A stretch of 59,767 nt of DNA, the filler included. It is 4 parts of 4 records of this genome, joined end to end, with 100 filler letters (N's around TTAATTAATTAA, not from the genome) between each part and the next. Parts side by side here need not be neighbours in the genome. Positions count along the whole stretch, not along the records: positions 1 to 12,715 come from SRR22947727_2963; positions 12,816 to 38,954 come from SRR22947727_2970; 2 more parts are not named here. The stretch is one strand, 5' to 3'. Each line of letters opens with the position of its first letter. The first letter of the stretch is position 1. The position numbers and the translations under genes were made by a program. Positions 9,094 to 18,943 of the stretch are shown piece after piece. The notes under the pieces are model-generated. The model was not told the DNA's origin. It saw only the letters and a list, made by a program, of their open reading frames with translations, and searched no databases.

Positions 9094-9297
9094 ATGTGTA
9101 TGTCAGCACCAAATATTCCTCCTCCTCCACCACCTCCAGCACCACCGCCACCACCACCTCCTGTTGCTGAAGCACCTAAGACTGTCAGACAAACACAGCC
9201 TAAGAAGAGAAGAAGAGGAGCACAAGCTCAGTTAGCACGAACTGCTAGACCTACACTAGGTGGAATGTCAGGTGGTACTGGTGTTAATATGTCTTAA
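9094..9297 (+). CDS. Small proline-rich virion protein (gp6.7/gp7.3-like position)
   Basis: MC start, poly-Pro tract, basic patch and GGTGVN end resemble the small genes that precede the portal in T7-like phages. Confidence 0.65.
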   Translation: MCMSAPNIPPPPPPPAPPPPPPPVAEAPKTVRQTQPKKRRRGAQAQLARTARPTLGGMSGGTGVNMS

Positions 9298-9330
9298 CAA
9301 ATTTTTATTAACTAATAACTATATATTATC

Positions 9331-9648
9331 ATGCTTCGCACACTCTCAAAAAAGACTTTGCTATCATCTGTTACTTCAACAGGGGCTGGCAGTTCATTCT
9401 CAGTAGAGCGTTCTAAGGGTTGGACCTTTGTAATCGCTTCTTCATCAGTAACTTCAGGAGGTACAGTAGACATAGAAGCCTACATCGGTGGTGCTTGGTA
9501 TGTTGTTCACTCTGAAGTAGTAACAGCAGACGGAGCAGTAATGGTCAGAGATGATCACGGACACTACGAAAAGATAAGAGCTAATCTATCTGCTAGAACA
9601 GATGGTACTTACAGTGTATTCGCTACAGGTACTACAGACTCTCTTTAA
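9331..9648 (+). CDS. Hypothetical beta-rich structural protein
   Basis: 105-aa S/T/G/V-rich ORF that opens a tightly packed cassette. Confidence 0.7.
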   Translation: MLRTLSKKTLLSSVTSTGAGSSFSVERSKGWTFVIASSSVTSGGTVDIEAYIGGAWYVVHSEVVTADGAVMVRDDHGHYEKIRANLSARTDGTYSVFATGTTDSL

Positions 9649-9652
9649 TTAG

Positions 9653-9850
9653 ATGTCTTTGATTTATCCATATGCTACTCAGGAGAAACCGAATGGCATT
9701 GTCATTGCTCCTAGTAACTTCATCCGTCCTGAGTTTGGGGAGACCTATGCTTTTGATGAACGAGATGAGATGTTACTTACTGAGTTACTACAAGCGTTAT
9801 TGACTGAGGATAATGACCGCATCACAATAGACAACGAAATAGATAATTAA
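9653..9850 (+). CDS. Small hypothetical fibre-associated protein
   Basis: 65 aa with repeated LLTE motifs, directly before the fibre-like gene. Confidence 0.65.
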   Translation: MSLIYPYATQEKPNGIVIAPSNFIRPEFGETYAFDERDEMLLTELLQALLTEDNDRITIDNEIDN

Positions 9851-9855
9851 ATAAA

Positions 9856-10524
9856 ATGGCTAACAAGAAGATAACAGAACTTTCAAACCTGGCTACTCCT
9901 AATGGTGCTGATGTATTGGCTATTGTGGATGACATTGCAGGTACAGCTACCACTAAAAAGGTAACAGCAACTAACCTAATGACCCTTGCACCTGTTCAAT
10001 CAGTAGCAGGAAGGACAGGTACAGTAACACTTAGCAACACAGACATTAGTGGATTAGGCACAGCGGCTACTCAGGATGTAGGTACAAGTGCTAATAATGT
10101 AGTACAGTTAAATGGATCAGGTGATTTACCTGCTGTTGACGGTAGTAACTTAACAGGTATTACAGTATCAGTCAGTGCAGGTGAATTAACAGATGGTAAC
10201 TTTGATGGAACTGCAATCTTAGGCTTTGACGCTAGTATAAATGATCAGACAGGAACTGCATACACTTTATTAGCTGGAGATAATGGTAAGGTAGTAGTCC
10301 TTGATAATGGGTCAGCAGTTACAGTAACAGTTCCAAGCGGATTAGGTGCTGGATTTAATTGTAGCTTCGTTCAGAAAGGTGCTGGTCAAGTTAGCTTTAG
10401 TGCTTCAGGTACTACCATTAACAACAGACAGTCTCACACGAAGATCAACGCTCAGTACGGAGTAGCAAGTATAGTAGCTTATGCTGACAATGTTTTTGTT
10501 TTAGCTGGAGACACAGCTTCCTAA
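9856..10524 (+). CDS. Tail or head fibre-like protein
   Basis: MANKKITEL N-terminus, VQSVAGRTGTVTL and LGTAAT..VGTSANNVVQL fibre segments, beta-rich C-terminal domain. Confidence 0.7.
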   Translation: MANKKITELSNLATPNGADVLAIVDDIAGTATTKKVTATNLMTLAPVQSVAGRTGTVTLSNTDISGLGTAATQDVGTSANNVVQLNGSGDLPAVDGSNLTGITVSVSAGELTDGNFDGTAILGFDASINDQTGTAYTLLAGDNGKVVVLDNGSAVTVTVPSGLGAGFNCSFVQKGAGQVSFSASGTTINNRQSHTKINAQYGVASIVAYADNVFVLAGDTAS

Positions 10525-10526
10525 GT

Positions 10527-10742
10527 ATGTTCGTTCTTCCTACATTCAGTCTTGGGGTAGTAGGTAGTCCCACTTCAGTTTTTGACAGTAGTTTAACATT
10601 CCCAACCATTCAGGTATTTAACACTGAAGCAGACTTCATTTCCAACACAGACGCACCTAACTACACCATCGTCCATGCTAAAGACACCAATAGTTTGTAT
10701 GTTTGGGTAGGTTCTTTTTGGCGAGTTTTCCAATCAAATTAA
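10527..10742 (+). CDS. Small hypothetical structural protein
   Basis: 71-aa ORF; AKDTNSLYVWVG resembles ETDTNKIIVWDG in the next protein. Confidence 0.65.
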   Translation: MFVLPTFSLGVVGSPTSVFDSSLTFPTIQVFNTEADFISNTDAPNYTIVHAKDTNSLYVWVGSFWRVFQSN

Positions 10743-10747
10743 TAAAT

Positions 10748-11605
10748 ATGAGTACACTTAATACTACCACTTCCTCAAGTCGTCCTAGTTTAGGTTCATC
10801 CGATATAGGTAGATCATACTACGAGACTGACACTAACAAAATAATAGTTTGGGACGGTGTAGGTTTTGACGAATACAATGCAGATTATATAGCTAATCCA
10901 GCTTTCGTTAATGGATTTGCTCTTAATTTTGACGGTACTAACGACAAGGTCAGTATACCGCACAACTCAGCCTTAAACGGTACAAACGGTTTTACTATTT
11001 CTGCTTGGGTAAATCACAACGGTTCACTCAGCGGTTACCCACAAATTGTCAGCAAGCGAACTGGTAATACTGCGTATCAGTTAAACATTAAAAACACAGG
11101 TGAATTATATTTTGGTGTAGATGGAACATCTTTCGTTACAGGAAGTACTTCATTATCGTCCAATACTTGGTATCATGTTGCGGTTACTTGGACTAACGGA
11201 ACAGGGGCTGTTGCTTTTTATGTAAATGGATCATCGGACGGTACAGGGACATCAAAATCTTCGATAACTAGCAATACAGGAGCGTTTGAAATCGGGAAAA
11301 ATCCTGCCTTTACTAATTGGTTTGGAGGGGCGATGGATGAAGTGGTGTTTTATGATTATGTATTGACACCGACAGAGGTAAATAGCCTCGTTCAAACCAT
11401 TAGTAGTACTTTAAAACCTAACGATGCAAATACTTTAAGCCCTGTAGGTTGGTGGAGAATGGGAGATAGTACTGGAGATACTTCATCGACTATAGTAAAT
11501 ACCGCAACAGGAGCAAATACTGCTGGTTCATCCATAAACGGTTCAATATCAGGGGCTACATCTAGAGATTTAAGCACTATTCCTGACTCAATTTATAATC
11601 CGTAA
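10748..11605 (+). CDS. LamG/concanavalin A-like lectin-domain virion protein
   Basis: ALNFDGTND, FTISAWVN, NTWYHVAVTW, FYVNG, FGGAMDEV, VGWWRMGD. Start at ATG 10748. Confidence 0.85.
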   Translation: MSTLNTTTSSSRPSLGSSDIGRSYYETDTNKIIVWDGVGFDEYNADYIANPAFVNGFALNFDGTNDKVSIPHNSALNGTNGFTISAWVNHNGSLSGYPQIVSKRTGNTAYQLNIKNTGELYFGVDGTSFVTGSTSLSSNTWYHVAVTWTNGTGAVAFYVNGSSDGTGTSKSSITSNTGAFEIGKNPAFTNWFGGAMDEVVFYDYVLTPTEVNSLVQTISSTLKPNDANTLSPVGWWRMGDSTGDTSSTIVNTATGANTAGSSINGSISGATSRDLSTIPDSIYNP

Positions 11606-11607
11606 CC

Positions 11608-11835
11608 ATGAGAACATATATAATAGTCAGTTCCACTGAAGCTAGTAACTTTGATTTCAGTCAGTTAGTAGACAACGATGAATCGTCCAGCCGTAAGAGT
11701 TTAGACGGTAGTAAGATACTAGCACGATTTGAAGGTGACACTCCTAGCTTTTTAATAGGTGAACAGCAATACACTCAAGAAGAGATACTCCCGATAACAA
11801 ACGGTACTGAGTGGTCTAACCCTGACGGTGTATAA
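11608..11835 (+). CDS. Small hypothetical protein after the LamG gene (possible fibre chaperone)
   Basis: 75-aa ORF that exactly fills the gap between LamG and portal. Confidence 0.7.
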   Translation: MRTYIIVSSTEASNFDFSQLVDNDESSSRKSLDGSKILARFEGDTPSFLIGEQQYTQEEILPITNGTEWSNPDGV

Positions 11836-11836
11836 G

Positions 11837-12715
11837 ATGCAAGAAACAGCACAAGGGCTATACCACTCCTTAGAGAACCAACGGTGGTCTTTCTTAGATA
11901 GAGGTCGTACCTCATCTGAGTTGACTATTCCTTACATAATGCCGCCTGATGGTCATAGTCACGCTACTAAGTACTACACACCATATCAAGGAGTAGGAGC
12001 TAGAGGAGTTAACAACTTAGCATCTAAATTACTATTAGCTTTGTTACCACCTAACGCTCCATTCTTCCGTCTTGTTATTGACAGATATGAATTAGATAAA
12101 GCAAAGCAGGAGTTAGGACCAGAGGGAGGAGAGCAGTTACGATCTGACTTAGAGAAAGCACTAGCAGATGTAGAACGAAGTGTATCTCAAGAAGTAGAAG
12201 TTGAAGCATTTCGAGTAGGAGTGTTTGAAGCGTTAAAGAATTTATTAGTGACAGGAAATACTTTGTTATACTTACCTGATGACGGTGGGATGAGAGTATT
12301 CAGACTTGATAGGTACTGTGTAAAGAGAGACCCAATGGGCAATGTAACACACATAGCTATCAAAGAAACTGTTGCTCCAATGATGTTACCTGAGTCTGTA
12401 AGAGAGGAAGTATATCGTCAAGAGAAAGAAAATAGTTGTGACTTGTACACCTCTGTAGTTAGAGAAGGTAATGAATATGTAGTACAACAAGATGTTAAAG
12501 GAATTGTTATTGAAGAGTCAAAGGGTAGATATCCTATCGAGAAGACTCCATTCCTACCTCTTCGTTATACAAGAATAGATGGTGAAGACTACGGACGAGG
12601 ATTTGTTGAGGAGTACATCGGTGATCTTAAATCTTTAGAGTCGTTAACAAAAGCGATAGTCGAAGGTAGTGCAGCAGCAGCTAAGGTATTGTTCATGGTT
12701 AATCCTAACGGTACA
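11837..12715 (+). CDS. gp8: Portal / head-tail connector (T7 gp8-like), 3'-truncated by the contig end
   Basis: TPYQGVGARGVNNLASKLLLALLPPNAPFFRL, GEDYGRGFVEEYIGDL. Confidence 0.96.
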
Positions 12716-12815
12716 NNNNNNNNNNNNNNNNNNNNNNNNNNNNNNNNNNNNNNNNNNNNTTAATTAATTAANNNNNNNNNNNNNNNNNNNNNNNNNNNNN
12801 NNNNNNNNNNNNNNN
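12716..12815. other. Artificial contig linker
   Basis: N44-TTAATTAATTAA-N44 with stops in all six frames; composition changes across it. Confidence 0.98.
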
Positions 12816-12816
12816 T

Positions 12817-13560
12817 GCAAATAAAATTGCCGACGGTACTGTTTTTGTGAGCACTTGGATTAAAGATTTATATAAAGAAGTTGGAATAGATTTAAAAAAT
12901 TCAAAAGTAATACTATCAGGGTCAGATAAAAAAATATTTAATGATATCAATGGCACAAATTGGGATAAAAAATCAGAACTAAAAATTGTTACTCATCACT
13001 GGGGAGATAATTGGAAAAAAGGTTTTGATACTTACAATATTCTTGATGAGATAGTGAAAAATGATTTTTACGACTACGACCTATCTTTTACATATATAGG
13101 GAAAATACCAAAAAATTATAAATTTATTAACTCAAATTATATTACCCCACTATCCGGCAATGAATTAGCAGATGAAATAAAAAAACATCACATCTATGTC
13201 ACAGGATCTCTAAATGAACCTTCAGGAAATCACCATATAGAAGGTGCGCAATGTGGACTTCCTTTACTTTATATTAATAGTGGGGGTATACCCGAATACT
13301 GTAACGGTTATGGAGTAATGTATGATATTGAAAATTTTAAAGAAAAACTAAAAGAAATAATAATTAATTATGATGTTTATAAAAATGCTATCAAAACATA
13401 TAAAAATGATTCTCAAGTTATGTCCAAAGAATATGAAGAATTTTTCTTTTCATTGATAAAAATAAAACACCAACTAATTAAAGAGCGAGAAAAAAGTACA
13501 GAAAATAAAATAATTTATTTTATAAAAAAAATTATCTTTAAAATTAGAAATAGTTCGTAG
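12817..13560 (+). CDS. GT-B glycosyltransferase (GT4-like), 5'-truncated
   Basis: KKG, EPSGNHHIEGAQCGLP, SGGIPEY. Confidence 0.8.
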   Translation, partial: ANKIADGTVFVSTWIKDLYKEVGIDLKNSKVILSGSDKKIFNDINGTNWDKKSELKIVTHHWGDNWKKGFDTYNILDEIVKNDFYDYDLSFTYIGKIPKNYKFINSNYITPLSGNELADEIKKHHIYVTGSLNEPSGNHHIEGAQCGLPLLYINSGGIPEYCNGYGVMYDIENFKEKLKEIIINYDVYKNAIKTYKNDSQVMSKEYEEFFFSLIKIKHQLIKEREKSTENKIIYFIKKIIFKIRNSS

Positions 13561-13568
13561 GAAATAAA

Positions 13569-15014
13569 ATGGAAATGATAAATCAACTTAAAAATAATAA
13601 GACAATCTTAAGATGGTATTTTCTTTTATTAGGCTTAACAATGCTATTCGGACGCTCTTTTACGGGATTAACTTTATTTAATTATCGATTAGGAGAAATT
13701 ATTGTAATATTATCTTTTTTTACATCAATCTTCGTATTTACCTCAGCTTTCGATCGGATAATTGATAAAAATATACTGATATTAAATAGGATTTTAATTT
13801 TATCTTTTTATATTTATATCTTAATTTCTGATGGTTCCTTAACTAATCCTTATACGTACAAATCAAGTTCATATATTTGGACTTTTGCTTTTGTCTATCT
13901 GGGATCTTTTGCCAGTTACCTAGTTAAAAAAACAAAATTTGATATGAGGTACTTGTTAACACTTCTACCAATAACCTACATCTTAAGTTCAGTGTTTTAT
14001 CCTGAAGTCATTCAGAAATTTTTTTTGAAATATTCTGATGTCTTTGATTTTCTTAAAGCATCAGACTTATTACTAGTTTTTGTTGTCACGAATTACTTTT
14101 ATTTTGTAAGTAGTAAACATAAAAGTAATTCTTTTATATATTTAATTATTTCTGCATCAATATTTTTTCCATATATGGCATTTAAAAGTAAAGGAGCAAT
14201 AGTGCCTGGAGTAGTATTTATGATATTGATCCTATACCAGTACAGAAAATTTATCTTTAGCAAGACTTGGTTTGCTATTTTTATATTGTTTGTCGGAGTT
14301 ATTTTTTTTGGTTTTTCAACTATTAGAACTTTTGGGAGTATTCAAAATGTTGATTACGGTATGTTTTTTAGTGAAAGAGAAGAGAATACACCAATGCATG
14401 AAAGATTTACTAATTTTCAAAGCATTATAAAAACACAGCCAGAAAGATACGAAGAAGCTGTTGTTCCTGAAAGATACGAACAACAGGAAGCAAGCGAAGT
14501 AGAAGAGGAGATATATATTAATATTGTTCCTCCAGAGAAAGAATATACTAATGTCAACCAGTTTTGGATATTTACACTTGCAGATGGAAGGCTTTACTCC
14601 AATGAGACTAACGTAGATTATAGATTACAAATTTGGCAAGATGTTTTGATTGACTTAAAGCTTCAGGGACAACTTTTTACAGGGTATGCCTTTAATGAAA
14701 TAATACCAGCAATGACACCGGCTGAAAGAAGAGGTTGGGACGGCAGTAATGAAAATGTCCATAATTATTTAATTAATATACTTGCTAGAGGAGGAGTAAT
14801 TCATCTTGCTATTTTCATAATGATTAATTTCTATATAGTCCGTAATTGGTATTCAAGGAACAAGAACTTTTTAATTTTAACATATATGACACCTGTTATT
14901 TTGACTGCATTATTTGACGTGACAATGGAAAGTGCTAGATATCCTTTAATTTATTATTCATTTTTAGGGTTCTTCATGATGCATGAAACTCAAAATAAAG
15001 AAGAGATAATTTAA
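13569..15014 (+). CDS. O-antigen ligase/polymerase-like membrane protein
   Basis: Multiple TM segments, RLQIW, HNYLINILARGG. Confidence 0.75.
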   Translation: MEMINQLKNNKTILRWYFLLLGLTMLFGRSFTGLTLFNYRLGEIIVILSFFTSIFVFTSAFDRIIDKNILILNRILILSFYIYILISDGSLTNPYTYKSSSYIWTFAFVYLGSFASYLVKKTKFDMRYLLTLLPITYILSSVFYPEVIQKFFLKYSDVFDFLKASDLLLVFVVTNYFYFVSSKHKSNSFIYLIISASIFFPYMAFKSKGAIVPGVVFMILILYQYRKFIFSKTWFAIFILFVGVIFFGFSTIRTFGSIQNVDYGMFFSEREENTPMHERFTNFQSIIKTQPERYEEAVVPERYEQQEASEVEEEIYINIVPPEKEYTNVNQFWIFTLADGRLYSNETNVDYRLQIWQDVLIDLKLQGQLFTGYAFNEIIPAMTPAERRGWDGSNENVHNYLINILARGGVIHLAIFIMINFYIVRNWYSRNKNFLILTYMTPVILTALFDVTMESARYPLIYYSFLGFFMMHETQNKEEII

Positions 15015-15044
15015 AACAAAAGTTATGATTTTATTAAGGAAAAT

Positions 15045-16076
15045 ATGAAAAAAGCATTAATAACAGGGATAACCGGTCAAGATGGGTTTTATTTAACAAA
15101 GCTACTTCTTGAAAAGGGATATGAGGTTAGTGGAACTATAAGAAGATCCTCTTCAATTAATACTGACAGGATAGATCCTCTAATCTCACAATTTTCTGAA
15201 GATGGTCAGTTAAAACTTTATTACTCAGACTTAATTGACTCTTCATCTTTAAATAATTTAGTAAACACTATTGGACCGGATGAAATATATAACCTTGCCG
15301 CTCAATCACACGTACAAGTGTCTTTTAAGAATCCAGTTTACACATCTCAGACTGGTACCTTGGGAACGCTATCTTTATTAGAGGCCGTGAAAAATTCAAA
15401 TAAAAAAATAAGATTCTATCAGGCATCATCATCTGAGATGTATGGTGGTATTAACAATGAAAAGTTAGACGAAAGTTCATTATTTGAGCCAAAAAGTCCG
15501 TATGCAGCAGCAAAAGTATTCTCACATAATGTAACAAAAATCTATAGAGATTCATATGATTTATTTTGTGCAAATGGAATTTTATTTAATCATGAATCTC
15601 CGCACAGAGGGGAAACGTTTGTTACTAGAAAAATAACTAAAGCTGTTGGTCGAATAGCAGCAGGAATGCAAAAATATGTCACACTTGGAAACCTTGAAGC
15701 ACATAGAGATTGGGGATTTGCAGGTGACTATGTCGAAGGTATGTGGAAGATGTTACAGGTAGACCATCCTGATGATTGGGTTTTGGCTACAGGTGAGACC
15801 CATACAGTAAAAGAATTTGCAAAGATGGCATTTGAATATGTTGGTCTTGATTCTGAAAGATATATAAAAATTTCAGAAAAGTATTTCAGACCAAACGAAG
15901 TAGAACATTTACTTGGTGACTATTCAAAGGCAGCAAAAGAATTGAACTGGAAGCCTAAAACTTCTTTTAAGGAACTGGTTCAGATGATGGTTGAACATGA
16001 TGTTGAGGAAGCAAGTAGAGAAAAAGTATTAATTGAAAACAATCTTCTTAAGCCAACCTGGGAAAACCCAATCTAA
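15045..16076 (+). CDS. gmd: GDP-mannose 4,6-dehydratase
   Basis: ALITGITGQDG, YNLAAQSHV, FYQASSSEMYG, NHESPHRGETFVTRKIT, RDWG. Confidence 0.97.
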   Translation: MKKALITGITGQDGFYLTKLLLEKGYEVSGTIRRSSSINTDRIDPLISQFSEDGQLKLYYSDLIDSSSLNNLVNTIGPDEIYNLAAQSHVQVSFKNPVYTSQTGTLGTLSLLEAVKNSNKKIRFYQASSSEMYGGINNEKLDESSLFEPKSPYAAAKVFSHNVTKIYRDSYDLFCANGILFNHESPHRGETFVTRKITKAVGRIAAGMQKYVTLGNLEAHRDWGFAGDYVEGMWKMLQVDHPDDWVLATGETHTVKEFAKMAFEYVGLDSERYIKISEKYFRPNEVEHLLGDYSKAAKELNWKPKTSFKELVQMMVEHDVEEASREKVLIENNLLKPTWENPI

Positions 16077-16079
16077 CCC

Positions 16080-17000
16080 CTAATACGTGTTGTTTATAAA
16101 CCATTTAAAAGTTTTTTCTAGACCTTCATTTAAAGTAACTTCCGGCACCCATCCATAATTATTGATTTTTGAAGAATCTAAAAATTTCCTAGGATTACCA
16201 TCTGGTTTAGAATCGTCAAAGACAAGTTCTCCTTTAAAATTAACAACATTCCTGATTTTTCTAGCTAAATCAAAAATAGTTATTTCTTCACCACTGCCAA
16301 TATTTAGTAAATCATCATTAATATTATTTCTGATTATGTACTCAATAGACTTTGATAGATCATCGACATACAAAAACTCTCTTAGAGGTTTCCCAGTACC
16401 CCAGATATGAAATTCATTTTGATTATTTAATTTTGCTTCGTACATACGCTTAATAAGTCCCGGTATTACGTGACTCTCTTTTTCAGAAAAATTATCATTA
16501 GGTCCATAAAGATTTGTGGGCATTAAATTTATAACGGCATGGCCATATTGACTTTTCATTGCTCTCCCAATTTCAATAGCAGACAATTTTGCCATCGCAT
16601 AGGGTGAATTTGTTGGTTCAAGTGATCCAGTCATAAAGTCTTTTTCTTTAATGGGATTAGTTGCATTTAGAGGATAAATACAACTACTTCCTAAGTTTAT
16701 AATTTTTATTTTATTATTTGGAATGCAAGACTCCAGTACATTTAAGTTTATTTTTAGATTGTCAATAATGAAATCAGTCCTTTTTGTATTGTTTGCATAG
16801 ATACCGCCAACTTTTGCTGCAGAGTTGATAATAATATCTGGAGAGGATTCGCTTATTAAGCTGGAGGTTTCTTTGAAACTAAATAGATTAACTTGTTTTC
16901 TTGTTGATAAAATTAAGTCAGATACAAGGTCAGAGTCTTTTAGAGTCTTACTTATGGATGACCCAACTAAACCATTTGAACCAAGCACTAAAACCTTCAA
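16080..17000 (-). CDS. fcl: GDP-L-fucose synthase
   Basis: AAKVGGIYAN, LGSSCIYP, YAMAK, PTNLYGPNDNF, WGTGKPLREFLYVDD. Confidence 0.95.
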   Translation of the reverse strand: MKVLVLGSNGLVGSSISKTLKDSDLVSDLILSTRKQVNLFSFKETSSLISESSPDIIINSAAKVGGIYANNTKRTDFIIDNLKINLNVLESCIPNNKIKIINLGSSCIYPLNATNPIKEKDFMTGSLEPTNSPYAMAKLSAIEIGRAMKSQYGHAVINLMPTNLYGPNDNFSEKESHVIPGLIKRMYEAKLNNQNEFHIWGTGKPLREFLYVDDLSKSIEYIIRNNINDDLLNIGSGEEITIFDLARKIRNVVNFKGELVFDDSKPDGNPRKFLDSSKINNYGWVPEVTLNEGLEKTFKWFINNTY

Positions 17001-17001
17001 G

Positions 17002-17760
17002 TTAAGCCTTTCTAAAATATTTTTGTTTTAACCCAAAAGCATTATATCCAAATTGTTCAGGTTTAAGATTATTAATTTTCTCTATTATATATTTTGGGTG
17101 CTCATTAATTTCTAAAATATTTTTATGCTTCTTGTATCTTTTTTTTATCATCTTAAACCATGCTTCAAAAGCTTCATCAGGATTATCCTTACCTTTTTCC
17201 CAATTTTGGAAATATCTATTCCATGCCCTTGCAAACCGAACCCTGTCTTCGGAGATAATCTCTTTAGTTCTAAAGAAAGTATCATAATTCCATATTGGTA
17301 TATTTGCTTCTGGAACATCGGAAGGATTAATTTCAATAGAGTCAATTGTAGGTTGGCATAAATCACCACCGCCATTGAGTTTAATATTAGGATGCAACTT
17401 CTTATTAAATGCTATACATATTTTACTTTTTAAATTATATCTTTCGGGAGTAAAAATTTGATGTTTCGGAAAACTAATAGCGGGTTGATCTGAGTGTTTT
17501 ATAAGAGTATCACGAAGATTAGATATATTGTCTTGATGGAAGAAGTAATCGAGATCCATTCTAATAACCCAGTCACCGGTACATTTATCGAATCCTTCTT
17601 GAAAAACATTTCCGATTTTTTCCCAGCTGAAATCATAATCCCAATCTTTTCCAACAACGATGACCTCATCAGCAAAATCATTGTAACACTCAAGGGCTTC
17701 CTTCCAAGGATCCATCCTTTCTTCTGGATTAGTCATACTTGTAAAAATTGAGATTTTCAT
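17002..17760 (-). CDS. Glycosyltransferase, GT2-like
   Basis: GT-A N-terminus, CTGDWVIRMDLD (DxD). Confidence 0.75.
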   Translation of the reverse strand: MKISIFTSMTNPEERMDPWKEALECYNDFADEVIVVGKDWDYDFSWEKIGNVFQEGFDKCTGDWVIRMDLDYFFHQDNISNLRDTLIKHSDQPAISFPKHQIFTPERYNLKSKICIAFNKKLHPNIKLNGGGDLCQPTIDSIEINPSDVPEANIPIWNYDTFFRTKEIISEDRVRFARAWNRYFQNWEKGKDNPDEAFEAWFKMIKKRYKKHKNILEINEHPKYIIEKINNLKPEQFGYNAFGLKQKYFRKA

Positions 17761-17761
17761 T

Positions 17762-18886
17762 TTAATTATTTAAAATATCAATAAATTTATCATTAAATAA
17801 TTTTAATGTATAATTATTTTTTATTGTTGTCATACCAAACGCAGATAGTTTTTCTAAACTCTTAGTATTACTGTAAGTACTTTCAATGGCTTCTCTCCAT
17901 GTGTTTATATTATTATTTGTTATAAAAACTATGTTTTTGTAGTTTTCATAAGACATTTTGTCCCAAAACCCAGAAGTTTTTGTTATCAGTACTGGAGTTC
18001 CCACGTTCATCGATTGCAATGCAACGCTTTGACCTGATGGTTGAATAGTTTCTTTTAAAGGTAGGATTGTTAATCTCGAACTTTCATAAATATTTTTCAG
18101 TTCCGTATCTGTTAGTAGAGATTTATTCCATTTTCCATTAATCAACTTTACATTATTACTAATAACTTGATCTTTGTTAATTTGTGAAGTGATAAATGTA
18201 AATTCATATTCTTGCATTTCTGATGCTAGCTGAGTAACAAAACGGTAATCTCTAAAGCTATCATTTCCTACAAATAAAATACCTGTTTTGTTATCAAAAT
18301 CTATATCTTTATCACCACTCCAAAAATCAGTATCTATTGAAAAGGGGATGAATGAAAACTTATTTTTATAGTTAGGAAAACTTAGCTCAGCCTTTTCCTT
18401 TTCAGGATTTCCTAAAAAAATGAATTGAGTAGTAAGCCTTGAAAATAAGATTAAAATACTTCTCTGTATAAACTGGATGTATTTTTTATTTGACTGATTT
18501 GAAAATAAACCCATAACAAAAACATATACATCTATTTTTTTATAAATTTTTACTAACAGAAGCATTGGCAATATTGATAATCCAATCCTGTCGTTAGTAG
18601 CAACTATAATATCTGATTTTCTTATTTGTTTAAAATTTGCTCTGGATGTTATTGAATTTGTAAAGAAAGATAATTTTGAAATTTTACGTAATACTTTATC
18701 AACAAATATATACATTTTATTATTATTTTTATCATTAAATTCAATAAAATCTAGTCCTAAAGCTTTATCTGCTATATCAAAATATGAATAAAAGAATTCT
18801 TTTGGGAACTCTTCATCAGATAGGAGCTTCTCTTTTCTGCCAGAACCAAAGATGTATGTTATATTTTTTGTTTTTAATCTATTCAT
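17762..18886 (-). CDS. Glycosyltransferase family 4
   Basis: IDTDFW, ILFVG..RD, SGQSVALQSMNVGTPVL. Confidence 0.8.
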   Translation of the reverse strand: MNRLKTKNITYIFGSGRKEKLLSDEEFPKEFFYSYFDIADKALGLDFIEFNDKNNNKMYIFVDKVLRKISKLSFFTNSITSRANFKQIRKSDIIVATNDRIGLSILPMLLLVKIYKKIDVYVFVMGLFSNQSNKKYIQFIQRSILILFSRLTTQFIFLGNPEKEKAELSFPNYKNKFSFIPFSIDTDFWSGDKDIDFDNKTGILFVGNDSFRDYRFVTQLASEMQEYEFTFITSQINKDQVISNNVKLINGKWNKSLLTDTELKNIYESSRLTILPLKETIQPSGQSVALQSMNVGTPVLITKTSGFWDKMSYENYKNIVFITNNNINTWREAIESTYSNTKSLEKLSAFGMTTIKNNYTLKLFNDKFIDILNN

Positions 18887-18943
18887 TTAATTTAATTTAA
18901 GCATAATACCAATACTTAGTTTGAATGAGTATTCTTATTATAT

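Larger units (their letters stand above)
1..12715 (+). mobile_element. Partial genome of a T7-like podophage (Autographiviridae-type)
   Basis: All genes on one strand in the T7-like order RNAP, SSB, endonuclease I, primase/helicase, PolA, exonuclease, portal. No integrase in the visible part. Confidence 0.95.

Noticed and set aside
9118-9162. CCT/CCA run as a DNA tandem repeat
   Set aside because: It encodes poly-Pro with mixed codons, so it is protein-level low complexity.
12760-12771. TTAATTAATTAA repeated three times as a biological repeat or att site
   Set aside because: It is a six-frame stop spacer embedded in N runs.
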